NCBI GenBank assembly: GCA_021821045.1 | Contig: JAKACW010000007.1 | Span: 25,983-89,982, forward strand | Origin: Pseudomonadota bacterium | Lineage (GTDB): Bacteria; Pseudomonadota; Gammaproteobacteria; JAADHS01 | Direction: 5' to 3' | DNA: 64,000 nt | Shown here: positions 20,793-29,393 of the stretch, one piece after another | How positions within the stretch are numbered: position 1 is the stretch's first letter | Layout of the letters: the number at the start of each line of letters is the position of its first letter | The notes under the pieces: model-generated | Told to the model about the DNA's origin: nothing | Database searches by the model: none | Seen by the model: the letters and a program-made list of their open reading frames with translations, nothing else | Translations under genes and position numbers: made by a program

Positions 20793-22376
20793 TCATGCCC
20801 CGCTTGTCTGCTGATCCATCCACTGCGACCATGCCCGCTTCCACGTCTCGAGACGATCGCCGATCTCGCCAAAGTCGAATCGATCGTCCGCCGATTGCTT
20901 GCTTTGCACTACCCGCGTCTGACCTGACTCGTCCTGCCACTGCCACTCGATCATCGACACCTCGACGGTGCCGTAACCCCGGTTGGCACCAAAGCCGAAC
21001 TTGAGCCATCCTTCGCACCAATCGCGCATGACCGCGAACAACAGCGTGGCCGCCACTTCATCGGTCACCCCATCACTGCCCTCGCGCCCCAGACGCAAGC
21101 GCAATTCGATCGGCTCCCACTCGACACCATAGGGTTCAATCGCGGAGTACAGGGCACCGTCCACGGGCGCGGCGGTCCAGCGATCGACGGCAACATGAAA
21201 AGCCTGTTCGAACCCGGGGATGCGCTGGCCGAGCCGCTGGCCGAACGTTCCATGAATGTCAGCGGACTCCCCGCCCTTGGCAGAGGCCAGCCAATCCCAA
21301 TCGTTCCGGTCGATAGCCACATTCGACGAATAACAGCTGCCTATTCCCAACCAGCCGCGCGCGCCGCTGTCGAGGCTGACCGCTGACTCACCTCCCTTTT
21401 TGATCTTCTTGCCGCGCGCATGACCGAACAAGTCCGTGACGATGGGCGCATCGAGCTGCGCCAAATGACGCTCACCCACCCGCACGCTTTCCCAGCCTTC
21501 AGCACCGAGTCCCAATACGGTGCGCACGATTCTCTCGGCCTGGGCGCGCAACACGCCCTTGATCGAACTACCGGGCAGCACCAGTCGCAGCTTGGCGCCA
21601 TCCGCGGACATCAAGGGAAGCATGTCCACGGCCAGGCCGTCCTGGCCCGCCATGACCATCAAAGGGCCTTTCGGCTGCCAATGCACGCGCACCGTCAACG
21701 TGCGGGAATTCACCGGCCGGACAGCCGCAGCCTGACTCCACAATTCCTTATCCGCGCCATCACTCTCCCGGCGCAACACGGCCAGCACGCCCGTACGACT
21801 GGTCCAATCCTGCTCGCGACATTGCGCCTCCAGCAGTTCAACGCGCGCCAGACCGCGCGTCGAGCCGGCACCGATGCCGATCTCCCGCCGCTCCAACGCC
21901 GTCTTCAAATGCCACAACAGTGCGCGCCCCTCGTCCGCCATTGCATCATTTGACGCATCCAGACGCACGCAGAAACTGAACTGTGTCCCCCGCGGCAACA
22001 CCATGCGCTCATACTTGACCCTCGTCGCCGCCACGCCGTACTGGCGGTCGATGCCGTTGCCGTGCCAAACCTCCGGCACCGGGTCCCCCCTGGCCACGGC
22101 ATCATCGACGATGATGCGGCTGGCCGAACCTACATCGCTGCCCCATTGGATGCCACCCCACAGGGATGTCGGCCCGTCCTCATCGCCAACATGACCGCGC
22201 GCCCACTCGCGCAACGCCCCGGTCAACGATGTCCCTGGAATGTAATAGCGCCCTTGGCCGTTCATGCTCAGCGGCATGTCGACCTCCAGCCCGTCATCGG
22301 CCGAGCCCACATGCAGTGGATCGATGGCACGGAGCGTGCCCGTCAGAATGAGACGTCTCGCTAACGATCTCGCCAT
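20793..22376 (-). CDS. Double Cas7 (RAMP) fusion protein
   Basis: Two RAMP modules: LTGTLRAIDPLHVGS...RYYIPGTSLTGALRE and LRLVLPGSSIKGVLRAQ. C-terminal G-rich loop GFGANRGYGTVEV. Confidence 0.7.
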   Translation of the reverse strand: MARSLARRLILTGTLRAIDPLHVGSADDGLEVDMPLSMNGQGRYYIPGTSLTGALREWARGHVGDEDGPTSLWGGIQWGSDVGSASRIIVDDAVARGDPVPEVWHGNGIDRQYGVAATRVKYERMVLPRGTQFSFCVRLDASNDAMADEGRALLWHLKTALERREIGIGAGSTRGLARVELLEAQCREQDWTSRTGVLAVLRRESDGADKELWSQAAAVRPVNSRTLTVRVHWQPKGPLMVMAGQDGLAVDMLPLMSADGAKLRLVLPGSSIKGVLRAQAERIVRTVLGLGAEGWESVRVGERHLAQLDAPIVTDLFGHARGKKIKKGGESAVSLDSGARGWLGIGSCYSSNVAIDRNDWDWLASAKGGESADIHGTFGQRLGQRIPGFEQAFHVAVDRWTAAPVDGALYSAIEPYGVEWEPIELRLRLGREGSDGVTDEVAATLLFAVMRDWCEGWLKFGFGANRGYGTVEVSMIEWQWQDESGQTRVVQSKQSADDRFDFGEIGDRLETWKRAWSQWMDQQTSGA

Positions 22377-22396
22377 GACTAGTAGCCCCCTCCCAA

Positions 22397-24676
22397 TTAT
22401 TGGCGCTCGCGCGCGCGCAGCTCGCTGCGAATCGCAGCAATCCACAATGCGCGGAGCGCATCCCAGCGCAGCTCCGGGAAATCCTCCAGATCAGCCCCGC
22501 CCAGCAAGGCCCCGCCCGCCTTGTCGTTGATGAGCTTGAATGCCCTTGTTGGATCCTTTTCCAAGCAATCCCTTAACTCATCGCGCGTTCGATCGTTCCA
22601 GTTGTCGACACGGTTCTTCACTGCGCCCAGGTGCTGCAACCACTCGCGCGCGCGTTGGCGCGCGGCGTCGTCTTTTACCGCCACGACCACACTGCGCAAG
22701 GCACCGAGCTGACTGTTGGTCGGTTTGCCCGGCGCCAATCCAAGCGTGTCTTTTCTGAAAGAAGCGCTCCCGGCCAGCTCGACGGCATAACGCTCGATGT
22801 CGCGCCGGGAGGCTCTGAGCCGCAACCGTCGAATGAATGCCTGATCCTCCTTGCTAAGAGAATGCGCCGATCCTTCCTCGTCCCTGCGATCGAGCGACGC
22901 CCTCTTGCTTTTGAGTGTGTCCTCTTCCAGCACCGGCGCATTGAAACGCACCTCACCGTAGCCCTCGGCCACGCGCTCACCCAGACCGCGCATTTCCAGC
23001 GCCAGCGACTTCTGGCCATCGACATTCCCGTCCGCTTGAAAACGCACGACGGTCCCCGCTGCCAGGCCGACATACGAGGGCCGCGGCAAATTCCACGCAT
23101 GGCGCCACCCTTCACTGCGTCGCATTCGCGCAAATGAGTTTTCACTGGCTCGAAGGCCCACGCCCAACTCCTTTTCCAACTCGACGCGCAAGACCTCGGT
23201 GTCAGCGCAGGGCGCCAGCGTTGCATCACGCAGCAGCAGGTCCGAACACAGCCAGACGTCGAGATAGGCGCAGGGCGGCCGCGGCATCGGGTCGTCCTCA
23301 GCCTTGAAAGCAATGCGAACGCGACCGAAGTCATCCTTCTTCGCCTTACCCAAGCGATACTCACCAGCACCGTCGGCCAGCAACGCCCCTTCAAGCTTGT
23401 CTGCAACGGCCGCCGTCATCACGATTTCCGAGACATAACGCAATCCGGCTGGCAGCGCCTCGAAGGTATAGACTCCCCCCACTTCCGACGTCGGCCTCTG
23501 GGTCTCGTCCTCGATCGTGCCGTGAGTAAACGCTTCGACGGACGGCTTGAGGTGATAGAGCAGCTTCGCCTGATGATCGTAGGCCAGATAGCCCTCGCGC
23601 ATGGGTTTGCGCTGAATGCTATCCCCAGGCTCGCCCTCGAGAAAATTGCTGACATCCGCCCCGTTGCTTTTCTCCTTCGGCGTGTGGAAAGACAAGGGAA
23701 TCGGCAGCCCGCGTTGGTTATGGGTCAGAGGATAGGCATTCAGCACCCGCAGTTCACCGCGCGCCACGCAGCCGAAGTACGCTGACCCGACCGCTCGCGC
23801 CATGCGCTCATTCAATGCCGACAGCAGGAAGGTTCCCGGGATGTAATCCTGACTGGTGACCACGTTACCCATTACCGCCTGCGCAATCACCACCGGCGAC
23901 AGCAGATCGATCTCCACGCGCAGACGCTTCCACCCGCCATCTTCGGCGTGGCTCCCTCGCGGCGTGAAGCGCTTGGGCTCCGTCACTCTCTCAGTGACGA
24001 TTGCCGGGGGATCGCCAGCGAGAACCTTCAGCGCGTCCTCGGCCGCGATCAGGTCGCCCACACCAAAGTGGCAGCGCCCCAACCCACGGCGACGATTGGC
24101 CCCGAGGCGCTCGACGACTCGAGCCCCCGCCCACAACAACGCCAGCATGGCTTGCGTCTGTGCTTGGTCCTCGGGCAGGCTCACGACACAATCGGCCGAC
24201 AGGACACAACCCCCGATCGCCACCTCCTCCAGCCGCAGACAGTCCTCCTCCGCAACGCCGCGCGCATCCAGCTTCACGCCGGGCTTGATGAACGTCAGTC
24301 CTTGCCGCAGACCGCTCTCTTGCTCCAGCTCGGCCCGCACGGACTCCGACAAGCGCGCTTCGCGCACCGATAAGTGCGCGGCCAGCGGCGCACGTCGCCG
24401 CCGACTACCCTTGCCCGACTCATCGATCGCGCCAAATATCGCTCGCACGACATCGGCCCACGTGGCAGCCGCGCCACTCTCGCTATCCAGCCCCGCCGCA
24501 ATCTGCTCGCAGGCGTCACGCCAGATTCCGGTCAGCGTCTTGGCCGGAACATAAGGCAGATCATCCTGCGGATGACGGCGGATCAGACTATCGATGAAGC
24601 CGGGCGCGCCCGCGCCTTGGCTGACCTGCCAATCGCTATCGAAACGGACCTTGAGTGTGAATGCTTTGTTGATCAT
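22397..24676 (-). CDS. Multi-domain RAMP protein: Cas7-like plus a second RAMP (Cas5-like?) plus a C-terminal alpha-helical (Cas11-like?) domain
   Basis: Start FTLKVRFDSDWQVSQGAG...LPYVPAKTLTGIWRDA (Cas7-like). G-rich loops GANRRRGLGRCHFGV and RLGKAKKDDFGRVRI. Second RAMP core DYIPGTFLLSALNE. Helical Arg/Glu-rich tail. 759 aa. Confidence 0.6.
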   Translation of the reverse strand: MINKAFTLKVRFDSDWQVSQGAGAPGFIDSLIRRHPQDDLPYVPAKTLTGIWRDACEQIAAGLDSESGAAATWADVVRAIFGAIDESGKGSRRRRAPLAAHLSVREARLSESVRAELEQESGLRQGLTFIKPGVKLDARGVAEEDCLRLEEVAIGGCVLSADCVVSLPEDQAQTQAMLALLWAGARVVERLGANRRRGLGRCHFGVGDLIAAEDALKVLAGDPPAIVTERVTEPKRFTPRGSHAEDGGWKRLRVEIDLLSPVVIAQAVMGNVVTSQDYIPGTFLLSALNERMARAVGSAYFGCVARGELRVLNAYPLTHNQRGLPIPLSFHTPKEKSNGADVSNFLEGEPGDSIQRKPMREGYLAYDHQAKLLYHLKPSVEAFTHGTIEDETQRPTSEVGGVYTFEALPAGLRYVSEIVMTAAVADKLEGALLADGAGEYRLGKAKKDDFGRVRIAFKAEDDPMPRPPCAYLDVWLCSDLLLRDATLAPCADTEVLRVELEKELGVGLRASENSFARMRRSEGWRHAWNLPRPSYVGLAAGTVVRFQADGNVDGQKSLALEMRGLGERVAEGYGEVRFNAPVLEEDTLKSKRASLDRRDEEGSAHSLSKEDQAFIRRLRLRASRRDIERYAVELAGSASFRKDTLGLAPGKPTNSQLGALRSVVVAVKDDAARQRAREWLQHLGAVKNRVDNWNDRTRDELRDCLEKDPTRAFKLINDKAGGALLGGADLEDFPELRWDALRALWIAAIRSELRARERQ

Positions 24677-25044
24677 GCTGATTTCCCTTCTGCACGCTCA
24701 ACCGTGTTTTCAGGCACGAAGAACGGAATCGAGACCAACGCATCAAGGAACCGTGTCACTCTGGTCGGCGGCTCGCCCTGCGCCGGCCCATCATCGAAGA
24801 ACAGCCCGCCCTTGCCAAACACTGCGTCAAGCTCCTTATAACGATGCCGAAGCAAGTCGAGCCTCGCCTCAGCGGTCGCGCCGCTGCGCATCAACTCAAA
24901 GCGCAACCCGTGGAGCTGACTTGCTGGAACATTGCTGCGACCGCTGTCCCTATCACGAGCCAGCATGGCCGCAGCCATGCGGCGCAGATCGCCCAGACGG
25001 TGCTGGGCTACCCATCGCGCCGAGTCCTCGCGCATGCCCGCCAA
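24673..25044 (-). CDS. Small alpha-helical protein; candidate Cas11 (small subunit)
   Basis: 123 aa between the Cas10-like gene and the RAMP genes. ATGA overlap with the downstream gene. Call is by position and size only. Confidence 0.3.
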   Translation of the reverse strand: MAGMREDSARWVAQHRLGDLRRMAAAMLARDRDSGRSNVPASQLHGLRFELMRSGATAEARLDLLRHRYKELDAVFGKGGLFFDDGPAQGEPPTRVTRFLDALVSIPFFVPENTVERAEGKSA

Positions 25045-25086
25045 TCTTTCGGCCGGCGTTACGACATAAGGTCCTGCAAAAAGTCT

Positions 25087-26409
25087 CTACGTGATCGCCT
25101 GACCACCGGCATCGCACTGCTGTTCAAGCTGCGAGCGCAGGTCATCGAGCCCAGTGAATGAAGCGTCGAATAACACATGGAAGTCCAGTGACGAACATGG
25201 ATATGGTCTGTCGTCTCCGTCTGCGGTTCGGACCCGCTGCTTAACCGGATCCTTGGCCTGCTTGATCAATTCGGAAGCCAATTCATAAGCGCTGAAGAAC
25301 GGAAACTGCGGCTTGACGATCGCCACGCCGGCGCCCGCGCCGAGATAAGACACGCCGAATGCCCGCTTGGCGATCTCGGAACTGGTCGGTCCCTGTGCGA
25401 TAGCATCTTCGAAAGCGGCCAGATACGTTTCGGTGAACTCCAGCGCGTAAACGCCGTCGATCAGCACCGTGAGATCATCACCGCCCACCACCAGGGGAAC
25501 GACCGGCAAAATGCTCTTGGACTTTCGCCGCCGACGTGGATGGGGCCGCTTCGCCAGAAGCTTACAGGCCTCCGTGAAAGCCTGCTCAGCGGCCGCATCG
25601 ATGTCCAGCGAAAATTCGCGGAAGGTTTGAAGGTAGGCGGATTTGTCATCGCCGCAATACTTCTCGAAGTTCAAGATGATCTGTCCGAACCCGCTCCCGT
25701 CGGCATGCACCACGGCCAGCCAGTCAGCACCCAAATCATCGATCTGATCGGCCAGCTCCAATTCTCTGCTGGATTCGTCGACCGACCGGATCATCCTGAG
25801 GGCGCGATCACGCCACTTCTTTCGAACTTCCTGATCCGACTTCGACACACACATCTGCGAAGTCGTCTCGCCACCGTCAGGACGATTCGCCGCGCCACCG
25901 GAGTGGGCGCAGGGCGCAACGAAAGGCAAACGGGCGAAGCGTGCCAGCGGCTGCGGCCGCGTCGAGCGAATCTGGTTGAACCGCTGATGAAGCTGCACCA
26001 TCACCTGCGGCAGCTTAAGCGGGTCATCGAATTCTTGAATCGCACCGCACACATCCAGGCCCGGCGCCTCTTGCAACGCCCGCAACGTCACGGCCTCGAT
26101 GACGTTCTCTGCCTTATCCTTTGCATCAGTCACAAACAAGGCCTTGCCGGATACCGCGGTGACGACTTCAAAGCCACCCTGGGCACCCGGCTGGCGCAGC
26201 GGCGTGCGCTGCTGACGCAATTTCTCTCGCATCCGTTGGGGGTCGTCGCTCCAGAAACTGGCCCCCCCATTCTCCGCGATGGCTTCCAGCACCCATTGCG
26301 TTCCGGCTCGGTAGATCAGCTCCGAGGCACCCACGTTTTCCCGCAGTTTGTTGGTCGCGAAAACGTAGCTTTGATTACCCGAAGTTTCGATCAGAACAAG
26401 AAACGGCAT
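25087..26409 (-). CDS. cas10: Compact Cas10-like Palm/cyclase protein lacking an HD domain (GGDD motif)
   Basis: Palm strand LAVVHADGSGFGQI and catalytic VVGGDDLTVLIDG. Possible degenerate N-terminal palm FLVLIETSGNQSYVF. No HD motif. Only 440 aa. Confidence 0.6.
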   Translation of the reverse strand: MPFLVLIETSGNQSYVFATNKLRENVGASELIYRAGTQWVLEAIAENGGASFWSDDPQRMREKLRQQRTPLRQPGAQGGFEVVTAVSGKALFVTDAKDKAENVIEAVTLRALQEAPGLDVCGAIQEFDDPLKLPQVMVQLHQRFNQIRSTRPQPLARFARLPFVAPCAHSGGAANRPDGGETTSQMCVSKSDQEVRKKWRDRALRMIRSVDESSRELELADQIDDLGADWLAVVHADGSGFGQIILNFEKYCGDDKSAYLQTFREFSLDIDAAAEQAFTEACKLLAKRPHPRRRRKSKSILPVVPLVVGGDDLTVLIDGVYALEFTETYLAAFEDAIAQGPTSSEIAKRAFGVSYLGAGAGVAIVKPQFPFFSAYELASELIKQAKDPVKQRVRTADGDDRPYPCSSLDFHVLFDASFTGLDDLRSQLEQQCDAGGQAIT

Positions 26410-26557
26410 ACCCCTCCTTTCATCCCAACAACGAACTCGTCGTCATCACTTTGTTAGCACCGCACAGCGGACTGCTCGACTTGGGGACCGTGCTGGCTTT
26501 TCGTTTTGGGCATGACCTTACCAAAACCACGATTGATTACCAATCCCCTGAGCTAAA

Positions 26558-27409
26558 CTAATCCCGCTGGGGGCTTCCCTTTCCGCGACATACCGTTTCC
26601 CCCAAGAACACCACGCCCTCGTAGACTTCGCATACTCGCGTTTTGCGCGCATTCAATTGCAGCCCGAGCCGCCGCAACGCCTTCTCCGCCAACGCGTGGG
26701 CCGTTCGGGAAGAGTCCACGTCTGGCGTCATCAACAAAAAATCATCCGCATAGCGCACAAACGTAATGTTCGCTCGCGCCATTGCGCGATCAAATGCATG
26801 TAAGTAAAGGTTGCACAGAAACGGCGAAATCACGGCCCCTTGCAGCAAACCGCGCCTACCCTGAAGCAGGCCCGAGGTATGAGGCCCTACGTCCAACCAG
26901 GCCTTTACCAAGTTTAAGAGCCAACGATCGCCGAAAGTTCGCTTTACCATGCGCAAGAGAGGGCCATGCGGCACCCGATCGAAGAACTTTTCGATATCGG
27001 CGTCCACCACCCAACGCAACCCCGTATGCACCCGTTCCCGGACTTTCCGCAACGCATGAGGCACACCCCGACCGGGCCGATAGCCGAAGCTGTCGTGATG
27101 GAAGAACGCTTCCGCTCGCGGCTCCAGCACTTGCAGAATCAATCGCTGGGCAAATTTGTCGCGCCGATATTGGGCCGACAGCACGCGCCGTCCCCCATCG
27201 CCCTTTTTCACGGCCCATTGGCGGATCGGCAGCGGCCGATACCGGCCCTCGCGCAACTCTTCGACAATCGTCAACAGATGAAACGGCGAATTCTTCTGCA
27301 AATCTTGCTCCTCGGTACCGGGTGCCCAAGGCGCCGCATCATTGCGCAGCACGCGCCACGCTTGCTTCACATTCGCCGCACAAAGCGCCGTGGTCATGAT
27401 ATCGCCCAT
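26558..27409 (-). CDS. Reverse transcriptase (group II intron-like RT domain, no maturase or endonuclease)
   Basis: RT motifs FGYRPGRGVPHA, WVVDADIEKFFDRV, AVISPFLCNLYLH, YADDFLL, LQLNARKTRV. Second Met at 27397 forms an ATGA overlap with the cas1 stop. Confidence 0.85.
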   Translation of the reverse strand: MGDIMTTALCAANVKQAWRVLRNDAAPWAPGTEEQDLQKNSPFHLLTIVEELREGRYRPLPIRQWAVKKGDGGRRVLSAQYRRDKFAQRLILQVLEPRAEAFFHHDSFGYRPGRGVPHALRKVRERVHTGLRWVVDADIEKFFDRVPHGPLLRMVKRTFGDRWLLNLVKAWLDVGPHTSGLLQGRRGLLQGAVISPFLCNLYLHAFDRAMARANITFVRYADDFLLMTPDVDSSRTAHALAEKALRRLGLQLNARKTRVCEVYEGVVFLGETVCRGKGSPQRD

Positions 27410-28413
27410 GGGTTTTCTTCCTCGCTTCGGCCGAGGACTTTCTGAAAATCGTTGACCACGCCCCTCGCTGCCGTGTCGATGGATTGCTCCTCGGCAACCT
27501 GATCGTCTGCGGTCTCGCCCGGCTGCTCAGCTTGGCGCGCACGCGCCGGCCACTGATCGCACCACAGTCGCCACGCACCATAAAAGCGTGAGCGTGCTTC
27601 CTTCGATAAACGGCAGCCTTCGTGGTCGCTCAGTGTGAAATCCGCCGGTGTTACTTGGCCATCTAACAACCGCAGCACGAAAAGATCCACGCCTGGACGC
27701 AACGCCTCCATCAAGTCGAGCGACAATCCCGGCCGTGCCGGCGCCACTTCATGCAAAAACCCGAGATAGGGATCAAACCCCGCGGCGCACGCTTGGCGAT
27801 GCACCACTCCCAGAGCAAGCGTATAGCCCAACGACAGCATCGCATTCACCGGATCGCGCGGGGGTCGCCGATTGCGCGATTCGAACATCCAATGGGGCGC
27901 CATTTGCGATCGCAGCCAGGCATACCACGCTTTCGCGGCCCGCCCTTCGACGCCCATCAACGCCGCATTGTCCCGAGCCAAAGCCGTATCTTGTTGGCAT
28001 TGGGTCAGAATCGCGCTGCACTCCTGGCCGATTCCCAATCGCTGCAATAGATCACAACCGGCCGCCAACTTCTCCCGCACCATCCAACGTGCCAGAACAA
28101 GACGCCGCCCAAGTTCCTGATATGCGCGGTACTGCCGGGCCCGCCAGTGCACGAAAGAACTCAGGCCACTTCCCAGCCAACACACCTCCCCCTTGCCCCG
28201 CGCCGGCATCAGCGCCACGGGTACGGCACTGTCCGCCAACGCGCGCCATACATCGCAGCGAACCGACGGACTACCGTACACCACCACCGATCCGAGCACC
28301 GCAAGTGGCACCCGTTTAAACGCACCATCGGCGTAATCGATGCGCAAAGCCTTGTTCTCGACGCTGACACTCAGATCGCGCCTGTCGAGTATCAGCGTCA
28401 ACCCGCCGCTCAT
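27394..28413 (-). CDS. cas1: CRISPR-associated endonuclease Cas1
   Basis: Start MSGGLTLILDRRDLSVSVENKALRI. Conserved RRPPRDPVNAMLSLGYTLAL Cas1 motif. The track ORF extends further upstream to 28530. Confidence 0.85.
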   Translation of the reverse strand: MSGGLTLILDRRDLSVSVENKALRIDYADGAFKRVPLAVLGSVVVYGSPSVRCDVWRALADSAVPVALMPARGKGEVCWLGSGLSSFVHWRARQYRAYQELGRRLVLARWMVREKLAAGCDLLQRLGIGQECSAILTQCQQDTALARDNAALMGVEGRAAKAWYAWLRSQMAPHWMFESRNRRPPRDPVNAMLSLGYTLALGVVHRQACAAGFDPYLGFLHEVAPARPGLSLDLMEALRPGVDLFVLRLLDGQVTPADFTLSDHEGCRLSKEARSRFYGAWRLWCDQWPARARQAEQPGETADDQVAEEQSIDTAARGVVNDFQKVLGRSEEENPWAIS

Positions 28414-28760
28414 GCCGCCCTCCCGAAACCGGCCAGCAACCGGGCCAGTAACGACGCCCTTTCGGGTTCCGCGGTCGCCGCCACTTCCGCCACAGGCTGC
28501 CCGGGGCTTGCCATGGCATCGTTCAGCCACAAGCCCGCCGGATGCGGAACGGGATACGCACGCAAGTCGTCTTCAGCAAGATCCATCAGCCCGCTGACTT
28601 CATCGAGAACCTGGGTCAGCCCGTTGCGGTTCGCGCACACCAGGAACACCGATTCCTGTAAAGCCATGCCACGGCGCGAAATGCAGCGATGCACCCGTTG
28701 CAACCGACGCGAGTCGCAAATGTCATAGGACACCAAATGCCAGCGCTTCGAAAAGTCCAT
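28410..28760 (-). CDS. cas2: CRISPR-associated endoribonuclease Cas2 (paralogue a)
   Basis: WHLVSYDICDSRRLQRVHRCISRRGMALQESVFLVC...EDDLRAYPV fits the Cas2 fold signature. Stop overlaps the cas1 start. Confidence 0.7.
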   Translation of the reverse strand: MDFSKRWHLVSYDICDSRRLQRVHRCISRRGMALQESVFLVCANRNGLTQVLDEVSGLMDLAEDDLRAYPVPHPAGLWLNDAMASPGQPVAEVAATAEPERASLLARLLAGFGRAA

Positions 28761-28777
28761 GTTTGATCTCCTTTTCT

Positions 28778-29062
28778 TTAAGCCACGTGCAGCCAGCGGC
28801 GGAACAGACTGTCCTGGTCACCCACGCCCCGTCCGTTGACTTCCGCATTGGGCGACAACCAAGCCAGCATCAACTTGTCCCCTTGCGGATCGATCAGCTC
28901 CAGGAGCTGTACGTACAACTCCTCGGCCTCCTTGTGGTTGAGTAAGCACTCGTGCACGGACTTCTGCCCGTCGATGCGCCACTGCTGAAGGCGTTTATGA
29001 ACACGCCGACGGCGAACGGGGTTGCCGATGTCGTACGCGATGATGGCGGGTTTGCGTTTCAT
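28778..29062 (-). CDS. cas2: CRISPR-associated endoribonuclease Cas2 (paralogue b)
   Basis: MKRKPAIIAYDIGNPVRRRRVHKRLQQWRIDGQKSVHECLL...GDKLMLAWL (Cas2-like). Start chosen at MKRKP. Confidence 0.65.
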   Translation of the reverse strand: MKRKPAIIAYDIGNPVRRRRVHKRLQQWRIDGQKSVHECLLNHKEAEELYVQLLELIDPQGDKLMLAWLSPNAEVNGRGVGDQDSLFRRWLHVA

Positions 29063-29133
29063 ATGTTTTCCTCCGGTGGTTGTGATCTTGTGAATGACGC
29101 ACATCGTATGCGCCACAGCTCGGTTCAGGGCGT

Positions 29134-29149
29134 TTCGCAAGCTTGCGAA
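29134..29149. promoter_or_regulatory. Perfect 16-bp palindrome TTCGCAAGCTTGCGAA between cas2b and the CRISPR leader; candidate operator
   Basis: Seen directly. A near-identical copy TCGCAAGCTTGCGA lies at 31524-31537 on the other flank of the array. Confidence 0.35.
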
Positions 29150-29296
29150 GTTTCGCCGCGCCGATGGCGTGGAATTCCGCGGGTTGCCGGCGAGCCGTCC
29201 GCGCTTGACTGGCGAGGCGACGATTGAGGTAGAATTCCGCGCATCGACCTTTGTTCTTTTACAATTTGAAACTGAACGCGCTGCGCGAGCACATCA

Positions 29297-29330
29297 CCGG
29301 CCGCGAAAAAGCTAACTTTTTCGCGGCCGG
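29297..29330 (+). terminator. Perfect 15-bp-stem hairpin followed by TTGACT and a T-rich tract; intrinsic-terminator-like element at the leader boundary
   Basis: ccggccgcgaaaaag-ctaa-ctttttcgcggccgg then ttgactcaaaattttttggtt, seen directly. Confidence 0.4.
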
Positions 29331-29393
29331 TTGACTCAAAATTTTTTGGTTACTAAGCTATTGATTGAGCCGCGGTTTGGAAATGTGACAAGG

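Noticed and set aside
25540-26457. 305-aa + strand ORF opposite the Cas10-like gene
   Set aside because: No recognisable motifs. The minus-strand frame carries the GGDD palm.
28147-28728. 193-aa + strand ORF across cas1/cas2
   Set aside because: Antisense to Cas1 and Cas2, which have clear family signatures.
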